In this document: piece after piece, positions 49,600-58,791 of the stretch
Numbering within the stretch: the stretch's first letter is position 1
How the letters are laid out: each line of letters opens with the position of its first letter
Notes under the pieces: generated by a model
The model's input: only the letters and a program-made list of their open reading frames with translations
What the model was told of the DNA's origin: nothing
Databases searched by the model: none
NCBI GenBank assembly: GCA_013334825.1
Contig: JAAXWR010000001.1
Location: 267,769-331,768, forward strand
Source: Candidatus Yonathbacteria bacterium
GTDB lineage: Bacteria > Patescibacteriota > Minisyncoccia > Phycocordibacterales > JACNGX01
Length of the DNA stretch: 64,000 bases
Reading direction: 5' to 3'
Made by a program: the position numbers and the translations under genes

Positions 49600-49810
49600 A
49601 AGATGAAATAAGAAAATAGAAATATGAACATACGAATAACGAATGTATACGCCTGCCCCGCACCCTACGTGGTGCTGGGGAATATACGAATGACTAAGAA
49701 ACGATAAACTATAAAAAGAAAAAACTATAGACGATAAAATATGAAATAAGAAATATGAAGACGAAAATGATAAACTATAAAATACTTGAAGTTAGAAATT
49801 AGGAATATGG
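49600..49810. repeat. Heptamer arrays with one palindrome copy
   Basis: ATATGAA, ACGAATA and AACTATA type units around GCCCCGCACCCTACGTGGTGCTGGGG. Confidence 0.8.
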
Positions 49811-49876
49811 GATGGACAAGAAACTGACGAAAAACTATGGAAAACAAAAAAGGCCGCTTGCGTGGCCTTTTTGGAT

Positions 49877-50551
49877 TCAGATAATCTCATTGATTGTACC
49901 AATATACAACATAATATCTTTTTCATATCTTGAAAAGATATTCTGAAGAGATGTTGTATTCCAAAGTATTTGATTGATTTTCCTTTCCAAAATTCTTTTT
50001 TCCATGCTCTCCGAGAGAACCTCTCCTGCAAGGATTGAGGCGGTTAATTCTTGTGTGACAATAGGAAAGGAGAATCTTCCTTTTGTGTTTCTAATTAACA
50101 TTTCCGCAATGGAATAGTCTTCTCCTGGCATATTCTTGAGCCCGGATATCTCAATTTCCTCGAATTTTTTTTGTATTGCACCAAGAAGGATGATGGTGTC
50201 ATACTTATTGGTGCCAATTTTATTGATAAGGTCGATGACTGCAGAAGCGCAGACTCTGTTTTCTGAAGCAATAATAATTGCTTTTTCCCCTTCCTCTCTT
50301 TTTTCTTGCAAATACTGTTTGTACCTGGAGAAATGAAAAAAAAATGAAAATAAAAACAGACCGACAAAGTTAATAATGATAACACCACTTGAATCTATCA
50401 TTTCCATAAAATTCGGATCAAGCCATGAAAGATCGACATAGAAAATTATAAGAATGGTCGTTACTGCCCATCTCCGTATAAATTTCATATGATAAGTTTT
50501 GTTTATGGACACACGAATGCGGCCAAGACCAAATGTTTTTCTGTATCCCAT
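49877..50551 (-). CDS. Membrane-anchored ORFan, paralog of 50664-51392
   Basis: Start MGYRKTFGLGRI, two TM helices, FSRYKQYL. Confidence 0.7.
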   Translation of the reverse strand: MGYRKTFGLGRIRVSINKTYHMKFIRRWAVTTILIIFYVDLSWLDPNFMEMIDSSGVIIINFVGLFLFSFFFHFSRYKQYLQEKREEGEKAIIIASENRVCASAVIDLINKIGTNKYDTIILLGAIQKKFEEIEISGLKNMPGEDYSIAEMLIRNTKGRFSFPIVTQELTASILAGEVLSESMEKRILERKINQILWNTTSLQNIFSRYEKDIMLYIGTINEII

Positions 50552-50655
50552 CGTTGTTTTTATTTGTGGTTTGGAAAAGAAATGTACTGTATTTCTTTTA
50601 TCACATATATCTATAAAAGTCAAATAAAAAAAGGCCGCTTGCGCGGCCTTTGGCG
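50506..50655. repeat. Direct repeat of about 150 bp (second copy 51347-51499): terminator, promoter, leader and first codons
   Basis: Near-identical by eye alignment, with a few substitutions and a 3-bp indel. Confidence 0.95.
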
Positions 50656-50663
50656 GTTTTATT

Positions 50664-51392
50664 CTACACCTTTTTACGTTCAGAAGCCACTGCCGACAGA
50701 TACGTGTTGGCAGTACGCATCTCAGCAGTAATGATTTTATGAAGCTTTTCCATATGGTTTCTGATCGCCTCTATCGTATTCATATGGATCCTCTTTTCGT
50801 CAATCTCTCCTCTCTCTTTTCCCGCGATAATTGATGAAACAGTAGACGGACTGACCTTTATGACCATGTCGTCTTTCAGGGCATTAAGAGTATTGTTTAG
50901 TGAAAAAAATACATCCATATGGTCGAAATCACTCCTGAATTCATCGAGCCTCATTATGGAGAGGCGTTCTTTCATAACTCCCAGAGCAATGGCAAAATCA
51001 GGTGCATTTTCGCCCGTCATCTTATCTGCGAGAGAAAAGATGCTCTTAAGAATGAGCATCCCTTCCTTTAAGATCGCAAGATTTTCTCTTGTGGAATCCT
51101 CCTCTTCGTCAAGGTATTTTTTGTACCTGAAAAAATAAAAAGAGAAAAAGAGCAAAAAGACTGCCCCGATTCCGACAATACACATGATAGGGAGAGAAAA
51201 AATTAAAATACCTCCCCTATCTATCCCAGTGATAAAATGGAGATAGAGGCTGTACGCCGGGGAGAAACCCATGAATACAACAAAAAGAGTGAAAAAAGTC
51301 AACATTGATGTTACGAAAAAAAGCGTATTCGAGAGGCTTCTTTTTGTGGACACATGAATGCGACCAAGACCAAATGTTTTTCTGTATTCCAT
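50664..51392 (-). CDS. Membrane-anchored ORFan, paralog of 49877-50551
   Basis: Start MEYRKTFGLGRI, two TM helices, FFRYKKYL. Confidence 0.7.
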   Translation of the reverse strand: MEYRKTFGLGRIHVSTKRSLSNTLFFVTSMLTFFTLFVVFMGFSPAYSLYLHFITGIDRGGILIFSLPIMCIVGIGAVFLLFFSFYFFRYKKYLDEEEDSTRENLAILKEGMLILKSIFSLADKMTGENAPDFAIALGVMKERLSIMRLDEFRSDFDHMDVFFSLNNTLNALKDDMVIKVSPSTVSSIIAGKERGEIDEKRIHMNTIEAIRNHMEKLHKIITAEMRTANTYLSAVASERKKV

Positions 51393-51513
51393 TGTTGTTT
51401 TTATTTGTGGTTTGGAAAAGAAATGTACTGTATTTCTTTTATCACATATATCTCTAAAAGTCAAATAAACAAAAAAGGCCGCTTGCGCGGCCTTTGGCGA
51501 TTTTGTCGTCCCC

Positions 51514-52203
51514 CTACGTCATTTCAATGGAAACGATGCAAATGTGCACCTTTCCATTTTTCGATCGGTCTTCTTCATTGATGACCGTTAAGGGGAACAT
51601 CTTTCCGTCAAGAGAGACCTCTTTTCTCTGTCCAACAGAAAACACTTTTTCGGGAGCGTCATCGATAGAATCGGCATTCTTGAAATCATGAAGAATTTCT
51701 CTGTTGACAAGATCAAGGATATGACCAAGTAGGGCTTCTTCAGAAAATATTCCTTTCTCTCCTATCTTTTGTATATCTTCAAGATGGAGGTAAAAAACTG
51801 TTGGATTACACAATACATAACCAATGGTTATTTGTGGTCCAATACGCAAAATGGGAAGATTGAGATTGTGTCGTTCAGTTCCCATGCGGAGTTGCTTGGG
51901 GACCTGGTACACACTCGTAAATACGAACCCGTGCTCTTTCGGAATGACGGTTAAGTTTTTTCTATAAATTGTGTATATGTTTGGGTTTAGTTTTGAACTG
52001 AAAACTTTGAAAAAGAAAAAAAGAAATACCCCCAAAAACCAAATCGGCTCCGTATGTTTTGTGAGGAAATTCATGTCAACATCCTGCAACTCTTTTCCTA
52101 GAATTATCTGGGAAATTGAGTTAAAGGAAAGCAACGCAAAAATCAGAAAGATGAGTGAGAAGACTACCCACGAGGGATATACACGTATTTTTTTGTTAGC
52201 CAT
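51514..52203 (-). CDS. Membrane-anchored ORFan in stand-alone cassette
   Basis: TTGACA (52277-52282) promoter, GTTCTTCGTAA leader, two TM helices. Confidence 0.7.
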   Translation of the reverse strand: MANKKIRVYPSWVVFSLIFLIFALLSFNSISQIILGKELQDVDMNFLTKHTEPIWFLGVFLFFFFKVFSSKLNPNIYTIYRKNLTVIPKEHGFVFTSVYQVPKQLRMGTERHNLNLPILRIGPQITIGYVLCNPTVFYLHLEDIQKIGEKGIFSEEALLGHILDLVNREILHDFKNADSIDDAPEKVFSVGQRKEVSLDGKMFPLTVINEEDRSKNGKVHICIVSIEMT

Positions 52204-52371
52204 TGTCGTTTGATTTTATTTTTTGGATGAAATTACGAAGAACGATAACCCTTTATTACCATAATAGCTGTTATTTTGTCAATACAGCAATCGCATACAT
52301 GAAAAACACGTGTTTAGACAAGTTTTTAGTTTGCCGTGCGCTCTAGATGGTACAGGAAATTAAGAATCATG

Positions 52372-52420
52372 AAGTAAGAAATCAGCGCGGGCATGAAATG
52401 CCCGCGCTGATTTCTTACTT
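52372..52420. repeat. Palindrome with 23-bp arms, GCGGGCAT-GAA-ATGCCCGC family
   Basis: AAGTAAGAAATCAGCGCGGGCAT-GAA-ATGCCCGCGCTGATTTCTTACTT; relatives at 38206-38248, 37571-37592 (half) and 30227-30261. Confidence 0.85.
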
Positions 52421-52453
52421 TTCGTTCCGTTTCTATAACCTATCACCTCTCAC

Positions 52454-52885
52454 CTATTTCCTATCCACATACGCCGAGCTGTGATGCGTCTTTGCACCCA
52501 AGCCGTCCACGATACGCACACCATGTTCATCAAGCACTACGCGCTCGGGGATTTCATACGCAAAGCGGTCCCCTCCTTTGGTAAAGATGATTTCGTCCAC
52601 ATCATCTCTCCCCTTCAATTCCTCAATCACCATACGCAAAGTCTCCGCAACACTTCCATCTTGGTCGATGGACAAGACGACACGGTCAACGGGTTTGAGC
52701 GCTCCCACGACACGCATACGATACACTTCGTCCTGAAAAGACGGCACACCCCGTTTTAAAGACGCCTGATGGTCACTGTTGACGATGACCCAGAGTTCAT
52801 CTGCAAGCTCCTTGGAAAGCTCCAGACATTCAATATGCCCCGGATGCAAAGGATTGGCATATACGGAAGTGATAGCAATTTTCAT
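52454..52885 (-). CDS. Cytidylyltransferase/adenylyltransferase family protein
   Basis: NPLHPGH (HxGH), VIVNSD and FTKGGDR motifs. Confidence 0.9.
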   Translation of the reverse strand: MKIAITSVYANPLHPGHIECLELSKELADELWVIVNSDHQASLKRGVPSFQDEVYRMRVVGALKPVDRVVLSIDQDGSVAETLRMVIEELKGRDDVDEIIFTKGGDRFAYEIPERVVLDEHGVRIVDGLGAKTHHSSAYVDRK

Positions 52886-53008
52886 AAATAAGTGTAATAG
52901 ACAATAACAATAGTACTCTTATAACACAAATGCACTATGTATACAATCAAATGAGTATACAAAAAGCGCGCTTGCGCGCGCTTTTTGTATAGATTTTAGG
53001 AAAATGAT

Positions 53009-54373
53009 TTATTTTTTTGATTTTATTATTGTTGCATAAAAATCATATGCAACTTTTTTTGTGTCATCACTTCGAAGGAGACCAAAAAAACTTTCTGTTG
53101 AACTTCCATTTCCAGAATCTTTTAATGTAAACCAAAAGAAAGGACCCATCCATTCTTTGTATGCCGCATGATAACCAAGCGCTTGAAGTAACATTATTTT
53201 TTGAGCAGTTTCACTCATGAAATCTGATCCATAATGGAAAAGCCATCCACCATCTTCAATACGTTCTATTCCTGGACCATCAGTAGGAGCACCGTATTCA
53301 GTAATCCAAATTTTCTTTTCACTGTCTCCATTTTTTTCCATCTCCTCTCGTATGTCGAGTATCTGTTCCCATTGATTCCATGTCGCATTATAAGAAGGAA
53401 GAAAGGGGTATGTGTATGGATGCAGAGACAACCCATCGAAAGAATTTTTAAGTTTTTGCGCATAGATTGAGACAATAAAAGTATAAGGGGAAATGTCCCC
53501 AAATTTATCATCAGCGACAGAAGCAAGTCCTCCCGCAAGTACGAAAGCATTTGGATCTATTTCTTTTATTGCATCATTTGTGTCTCGGAGAAGTTTTCCG
53601 TATGCAACCACATCAGGATGAGGAGACCAAAAACCGGTATAGTTTGGTTCATTCCATATTTCCCAAACTGCGATTGAACCCTTGTATCTTTTTGTAACTT
53701 CTGCAGCAAATGTCGCAAATTGTGAAGATTCTGCCGGTGGACATTTTCCGATTTTCTTATCACAAGATGGGTGGGCTGCCCAATCAGGAGCATATGTAAG
53801 AATTACCACAGATTTCATTCCATATCGTTTTGCTGTTTCGACCACCCTATCTGCAGAAGCCCAGTCGTACGTGCTGCTATCTTTTGGTTGTATCTTTCCC
53901 CATTGAATATCCCATCGAACCCATGTTGTACCAAGCCCTTTGAGAAGAGAGAAGTAGGCATCTAGGTCTTCTTGTCCAAGATAAATAAGTCCACCTCCCG
54001 CAGCAATACCATATCCTGATTCATCAAGTTGTATGTGTTCAGCATTTAAATATGCAGAGGTATCTCCTTGAGGATTTTTTGTAGGAGCTGGGACGTAGAC
54101 ATCCTCGGATGTTTCCCTCTCTATTTTGGGAGATTCAGAAGTATTGGTTTCAATAAAATGTAAGATTGTAGCCATCATGTTGTAGGCGCTTCCATGATGA
54201 GGCCCGTGTAAATATTGTTCTGTTGAAAGACTCGGTCGTGTTGTTTTTTGTAGAGATTCCCAAATAAAAAAAACTCCAAACACAAGTATAACAGTTAATA
54301 TTGCTATAGTTATGGCAATATGTCGTTCATTATTGGGTCCTTCATTTGTTGTTCGTTGAAAATTTTTATACAT
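53009..54373 (-). CDS. Membrane-anchored clan GH-A glycoside hydrolase (GH5/GH39-like)
   Basis: WVRWD, WEIWNEP acid/base, SLHPY and WITEYG nucleophile motifs. Confidence 0.85.
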   Translation of the reverse strand: MYKNFQRTTNEGPNNERHIAITIAILTVILVFGVFFIWESLQKTTRPSLSTEQYLHGPHHGSAYNMMATILHFIETNTSESPKIERETSEDVYVPAPTKNPQGDTSAYLNAEHIQLDESGYGIAAGGGLIYLGQEDLDAYFSLLKGLGTTWVRWDIQWGKIQPKDSSTYDWASADRVVETAKRYGMKSVVILTYAPDWAAHPSCDKKIGKCPPAESSQFATFAAEVTKRYKGSIAVWEIWNEPNYTGFWSPHPDVVAYGKLLRDTNDAIKEIDPNAFVLAGGLASVADDKFGDISPYTFIVSIYAQKLKNSFDGLSLHPYTYPFLPSYNATWNQWEQILDIREEMEKNGDSEKKIWITEYGAPTDGPGIERIEDGGWLFHYGSDFMSETAQKIMLLQALGYHAAYKEWMGPFFWFTLKDSGNGSSTESFFGLLRSDDTKKVAYDFYATIIKSKK

Positions 54374-54452
54374 ATGGTATTATAATACCTCTTTTCGGGA
54401 TACCTGCCAATAGTAGTTGTTTAGACAGGTAAAATCCTACTGGATATATTAT

Positions 54453-55733
54453 ATGAAAAAGTATTTTTTTCGTTTACAGAAACATTTTTTAGAAAGTAGT
54501 CTCTTTCGAAATTCAACATATATTATGCTCTCAACGGGCATTATGTCTGCGTTCGGTTTTGTTTTTTGGCTAATTTGTTCTCGCCTATTTTTACCTGCTG
54601 ATATTGGTGTAGCTACGTCTCTTATCTCAGTTGCGTCTCTTCTCACCACAATGAGTCTTTTTGGTCTCAATAATGCTGTAGTTCGTTTTTTACCTTCATC
54701 GAATGATAGAGATAGTTTCGTATCTTCTGTTTTCGGCATTTCGTTTTGTGGAAGTATTATATTTTCATCCGCATTCCTTTTGTGGTTGCATGTTACACAT
54801 AATCCAATTGTTGAAAGTGATTATATAATTCCTCTGTCTTTTGTATTCATTCTCTATATCATTTTTCAGACAGCACTTATTATTATGGACGCAGTATTTA
54901 TTGCTGATAGGAAGGCTCAGTATATCTTTGGGAAAAGCGTTCTCTTATCATTTGTAAAAATAATCACACCATTTTTTTTGATTTCATTTGGGGCTATTGG
55001 TATTGTGTACGGTATCACGATGTCAAGTGTCGTTGCTGTGATTACAGGATTCTCATGGCTTTTTTTTGCTACAAAAATAAAATTTGTTCGTCCACGGATG
55101 AAACACCTTTTTCATATACGAGTTTTTGCAATGGGAAATTATTTCGGTAGTATGTTTGGTATATTGCCGAGCTCTCTTCTTCCTATTATCATACTTTCAC
55201 GTCTTGGAGCCGTAGAAACAGCATATTTTTATATTCCATTCGCAATCGTAACACTTCTTAATGTTATACCAAGTGCAAATGCACAGTCTCTTTTTGCAGA
55301 GGTTTCAAACAATGAAACAGCATTAGAAGAGCATTTACGTAAATCGATTGCGCATTCATTTATCATGCTTGTTCCAGCAGTTCTTGTTATTGTGACAATG
55401 GGGAGTTTTGCATTGTCTTTTTTTGGTCTCGCATATGCAAAGGAAGGAATAAATGTTCTTCGTATTCTTTCGTTCGCAAGTATTATTGGGAGTCTTAATT
55501 ATTTTGGAGATATTCTTCTCAATGTAAAAAAACGTTCACGCGAATATATTTTTATGAATGCCTTAAATGCCCTTGGCATTCTTGCATTTACCTATGTTAC
55601 TGCTCCATATGGACTCGAATCTGTTGCTTGGGGCTATTTTGTTGGACAATTAGTAACGATGATCGCATATCTTTTTGTGCATAAGAAAATGATAAAGGAT
55701 ATGATTTTTTTGCAGCATTCATTTCAGAAGTAA
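54453..55733 (+). CDS. Wzx-like oligosaccharide flippase
   Basis: About 12 TM helices, FGFVFW..SRL and FGLNNAVVRFLP; lies in glycosyltransferase cluster. Confidence 0.85.
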   Translation: MKKYFFRLQKHFLESSLFRNSTYIMLSTGIMSAFGFVFWLICSRLFLPADIGVATSLISVASLLTTMSLFGLNNAVVRFLPSSNDRDSFVSSVFGISFCGSIIFSSAFLLWLHVTHNPIVESDYIIPLSFVFILYIIFQTALIIMDAVFIADRKAQYIFGKSVLLSFVKIITPFFLISFGAIGIVYGITMSSVVAVITGFSWLFFATKIKFVRPRMKHLFHIRVFAMGNYFGSMFGILPSSLLPIIILSRLGAVETAYFYIPFAIVTLLNVIPSANAQSLFAEVSNNETALEEHLRKSIAHSFIMLVPAVLVIVTMGSFALSFFGLAYAKEGINVLRILSFASIIGSLNYFGDILLNVKKRSREYIFMNALNALGILAFTYVTAPYGLESVAWGYFVGQLVTMIAYLFVHKKMIKDMIFLQHSFQK

Positions 55734-56837
55734 AGATTTATATGCTTTTTTTGTCATGTGTGCGATGTCGTTCCATGAAAATGTTTCCGCATATATACGC
55801 GCAGCATTGCCTGATTTATGGACTTTTTCCTTTTGATTAAGTACATCTGTTAAGATATTTCTCAATCCATCAATATCATTTGGATTATATGTATATGCAA
55901 TAGATGTTGGTAAAGACGCAACATCACCTATATTGGGAGTGATAACAGCTTTTCCAAATGATAATGATAATAAAGCTGAACCAGATGTTGTTATTTTCTT
56001 GAAGGGAAGTACAACAATATCTGATGCAGAAAAATAATATTGTAAATCACTGTCTGGAATAAATATGTCATGCCATATGATTGAAGAATCAGATGTGGTA
56101 GCCGTAGAAAGTATGTCACGAAGTCGCGCATCTTTACAAGTACCAGCAATAAGAAGAATTGTTTCTGGTGTACGAACATGAGTATAAGACTCAAGTAATA
56201 AATCGACTCCCTTATAATCACGAATTTGTCCAAGGAAAAGGAAGATGAAAGCATTAGATGATAAGTTGAGTTGCTCTCGTGCGTGGGAACGGTCTATGGT
56301 ATTGGCATATGCCCCGATATAGTTCCCATGTGGAATGACAACATGGTTTTTGGGAGAAAATCCAGATGAGAGAAGTGTAGTAAGGCCTGATTCTGAATGT
56401 GTAATGACAAGATCGGCGATTGTTACAAGAAATTGTCGAGCACGTAATTCTCTATTCCCTTTGAATACAGGCTCGTGTGGTAAAACATTATGCGCAGTCC
56501 ATACGATTTTGCATCCTGAAAAATGGATCGTCATCAAAGTAATTACATACATGATGTACGCAATGATATTGAAGGGAGTTTCTCTCCATAAGTACATAGC
56601 TGGAACAAAAGCGTTAACCCAATGGATATGGACTATGCGAACGCCACGGATACGATATGCGATTATTTGGAATGGACGAAGAAACACATTTATTGATGCA
56701 CTTGACGTAGCATGACCAAGATACGAGATTTTAATCCCCTCTTTTTTCATCGGTTCATATAACATCTGTTGGTATGGGTTATTTTTATCTTCGGGAAAAA
56801 CAAGGACAGATAGTGCATGAGAATGAGGTGATTTCAT
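55719..56837 (-). CDS. GT4 family glycosyltransferase
   Basis: NPYQ, HIHW, WTAHN, FLGQIRDYKG and VLPF..TSGS motifs. Confidence 0.9.
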   Translation of the reverse strand: MKSPHSHALSVLVFPEDKNNPYQQMLYEPMKKEGIKISYLGHATSSASINVFLRPFQIIAYRIRGVRIVHIHWVNAFVPAMYLWRETPFNIIAYIMYVITLMTIHFSGCKIVWTAHNVLPHEPVFKGNRELRARQFLVTIADLVITHSESGLTTLLSSGFSPKNHVVIPHGNYIGAYANTIDRSHAREQLNLSSNAFIFLFLGQIRDYKGVDLLLESYTHVRTPETILLIAGTCKDARLRDILSTATTSDSSIIWHDIFIPDSDLQYYFSASDIVVLPFKKITTSGSALLSLSFGKAVITPNIGDVASLPTSIAYTYNPNDIDGLRNILTDVLNQKEKVHKSGNAARIYAETFSWNDIAHMTKKAYKSLLLK

Positions 56838-57721
56838 ATGCCAAATATCTTAGTAAACAAACGCCAATAAAAACCAAAGGTATATACTAGATTTGTGCCA
56901 ATCGTTTTTAATGGGTTTGTACGTATATTTTTGATAACAAAAATTAGAATTGTTGCAGGATACCATGGATACCACCATGTAAGAGGTAGGAGAAATATCC
57001 ATAAGGAATATGCGGTAAGGAGTTTTGTTTCTCCAAGAAGTTGCCCAAGGATACGTCTAGGATGTTTAACAAAAAGATCCGCCCTTGCTTTACCGTATTT
57101 GTAAAAACGATGAAGATTTTCTTTATCGGTACCCCAATCATGAGATACAGATGCATCACTGATATAACGAATTGTATATCCCGCATCTATACATCGCCAA
57201 GTGAAGTCAACATCTGAGCCGTATAAAAACTGTTCATCAAATCCATTGATATTTTCCCAAACCACTTTTGCAAATGCAAGGTTTCCAGTACCGCTTGATG
57301 TAACATATTGAGCAACAGAATCATTAATTGCATGTATTCTTGAAGAAATATCTGTTGCTCCGAATGGACCAGAAGATATGTATTCATTTTCCTCCAGAAT
57401 AGGTTTTGTCAGGAGTGCAAGCCAGCCATCAACAGGTATACATGTTGCATCAATGAAGACGATAATATCCCCTTTTGCCCGGCGAACTGCTTCGTTGCGT
57501 TGTTCAGGAATGGATGTTTTTCCAGAGACACGTGGTTCAAATTGATACCATGATACTTCAGGATACAATTCGCGTATATCTTTGAGTGTTAGAGGGTCTG
57601 AAGCATCAACAACAATTACTTCCGTTGGGACGGAATGTTGTTGATGTCTGAGCGCTTCAATGGTATTTGCAATACCTCGCTCATTTTTCACAATTATGAT
57701 AATAGAAATACGTGGATTCAT
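56834..57721 (-). CDS. GT2 family glycosyltransferase
   Basis: EVIVVD, RNEAV..AKGDIIVFIDA and GFDE..DVDF motifs. Confidence 0.9.
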   Translation of the reverse strand: MNPRISIIIIVKNERGIANTIEALRHQQHSVPTEVIVVDASDPLTLKDIRELYPEVSWYQFEPRVSGKTSIPEQRNEAVRRAKGDIIVFIDATCIPVDGWLALLTKPILEENEYISSGPFGATDISSRIHAINDSVAQYVTSSGTGNLAFAKVVWENINGFDEQFLYGSDVDFTWRCIDAGYTIRYISDASVSHDWGTDKENLHRFYKYGKARADLFVKHPRRILGQLLGETKLLTAYSLWIFLLPLTWWYPWYPATILIFVIKNIRTNPLKTIGTNLVYTFGFYWRLFTKIFGI

Positions 57722-57730
57722 ATGTGTATC

Positions 57731-58786
57731 TTAAGATGACATGTTTTTAGGATGATATAGTATATGAATAAAAGCAACAAGAAAACCTATCATGACTCCC
57801 GATTCAATTGCAAGCTGAATATATGGATATAGGATATATTCAGCATGTTTTTCCTTTATAGCACGAAATGGCCACCATACGTACAAGATAATAGGTGACA
57901 GGATGAGTATAGGAAGAAACACAAATATAAACTTTCCAGAAATAAAAGAAGTGATTATCAGAAAACAAATAACAAAAAATATACACGCCATAGGAAAGAT
58001 TGGCGGCATACTCTTTTGTTTTGCATATGTAAGAAAAGCATCACGTGAACGACGATATGGTTCACCGATTACTTTTTGAAGAGTTGTATAATGTTGATGA
58101 TAGACAATTGCATCAGGAACATACATGATTTTACCGATACGACGGAGGCGTGCAGATATTTCTGAGTCTTCTCCTGTCCTGAGTGTCTCATCAAATCCTC
58201 CTACTTGCATAATTACCGATCTACGATATGCAGCATTTGCAGTATACGCCTCCCCTGTTGCGATAGGTGCAGTTTCTTCCATGATGGGATGAAACATCGT
58301 ATCAATATATCTTATGAGACGCCCAAGAATACCACTTATTCGTATAGCGCTTGGGTGTGGTGGATTGCCATATCCAGATGCTTCCATGTATCGTTCAGAA
58401 AGGGTCATGGGACGATACGCGCTTATTTTTCCGCCAGCAGCCACAGTGTCATCATTAGTAAATATAGTGATAAGACGCTCAAGCCAAAAAGGGTCAGCAA
58501 TACAGTCGTCATCAATAAAAACGACAATTTCTCCTGTAGATGCTGCAAGGGCTGTGTTGCGTGCGATGGGAATACCTTTGTTTGTCTCAAGACGAATGAC
58601 TTGTGCTCCTGCCACTGTCGCGACTTGGGCGGTATCATCAGTTGAGCCGTCATCAACAACGATACATTCAATATGTTCTGTGTCAATTGTTTGGGTGTAT
58701 ACACTTTTAATACACGCACCGATACGTGATGCACCGTTGAGACTACATATCAAGACACTAACTGTTTTTGAGGGTGATGTTTTCAT
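57731..58786 (-). CDS. GT2 family glycosyltransferase
   Basis: VDDGSTD, ARN, FIDDDC and GGFDE..GED motifs. Confidence 0.92.
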   Translation of the reverse strand: MKTSPSKTVSVLICSLNGASRIGACIKSVYTQTIDTEHIECIVVDDGSTDDTAQVATVAGAQVIRLETNKGIPIARNTALAASTGEIVVFIDDDCIADPFWLERLITIFTNDDTVAAGGKISAYRPMTLSERYMEASGYGNPPHPSAIRISGILGRLIRYIDTMFHPIMEETAPIATGEAYTANAAYRRSVIMQVGGFDETLRTGEDSEISARLRRIGKIMYVPDAIVYHQHYTTLQKVIGEPYRRSRDAFLTYAKQKSMPPIFPMACIFFVICFLIITSFISGKFIFVFLPILILSPIILYVWWPFRAIKEKHAEYILYPYIQLAIESGVMIGFLVAFIHILYHPKNMSS

Positions 58787-58791
58787 GAATG

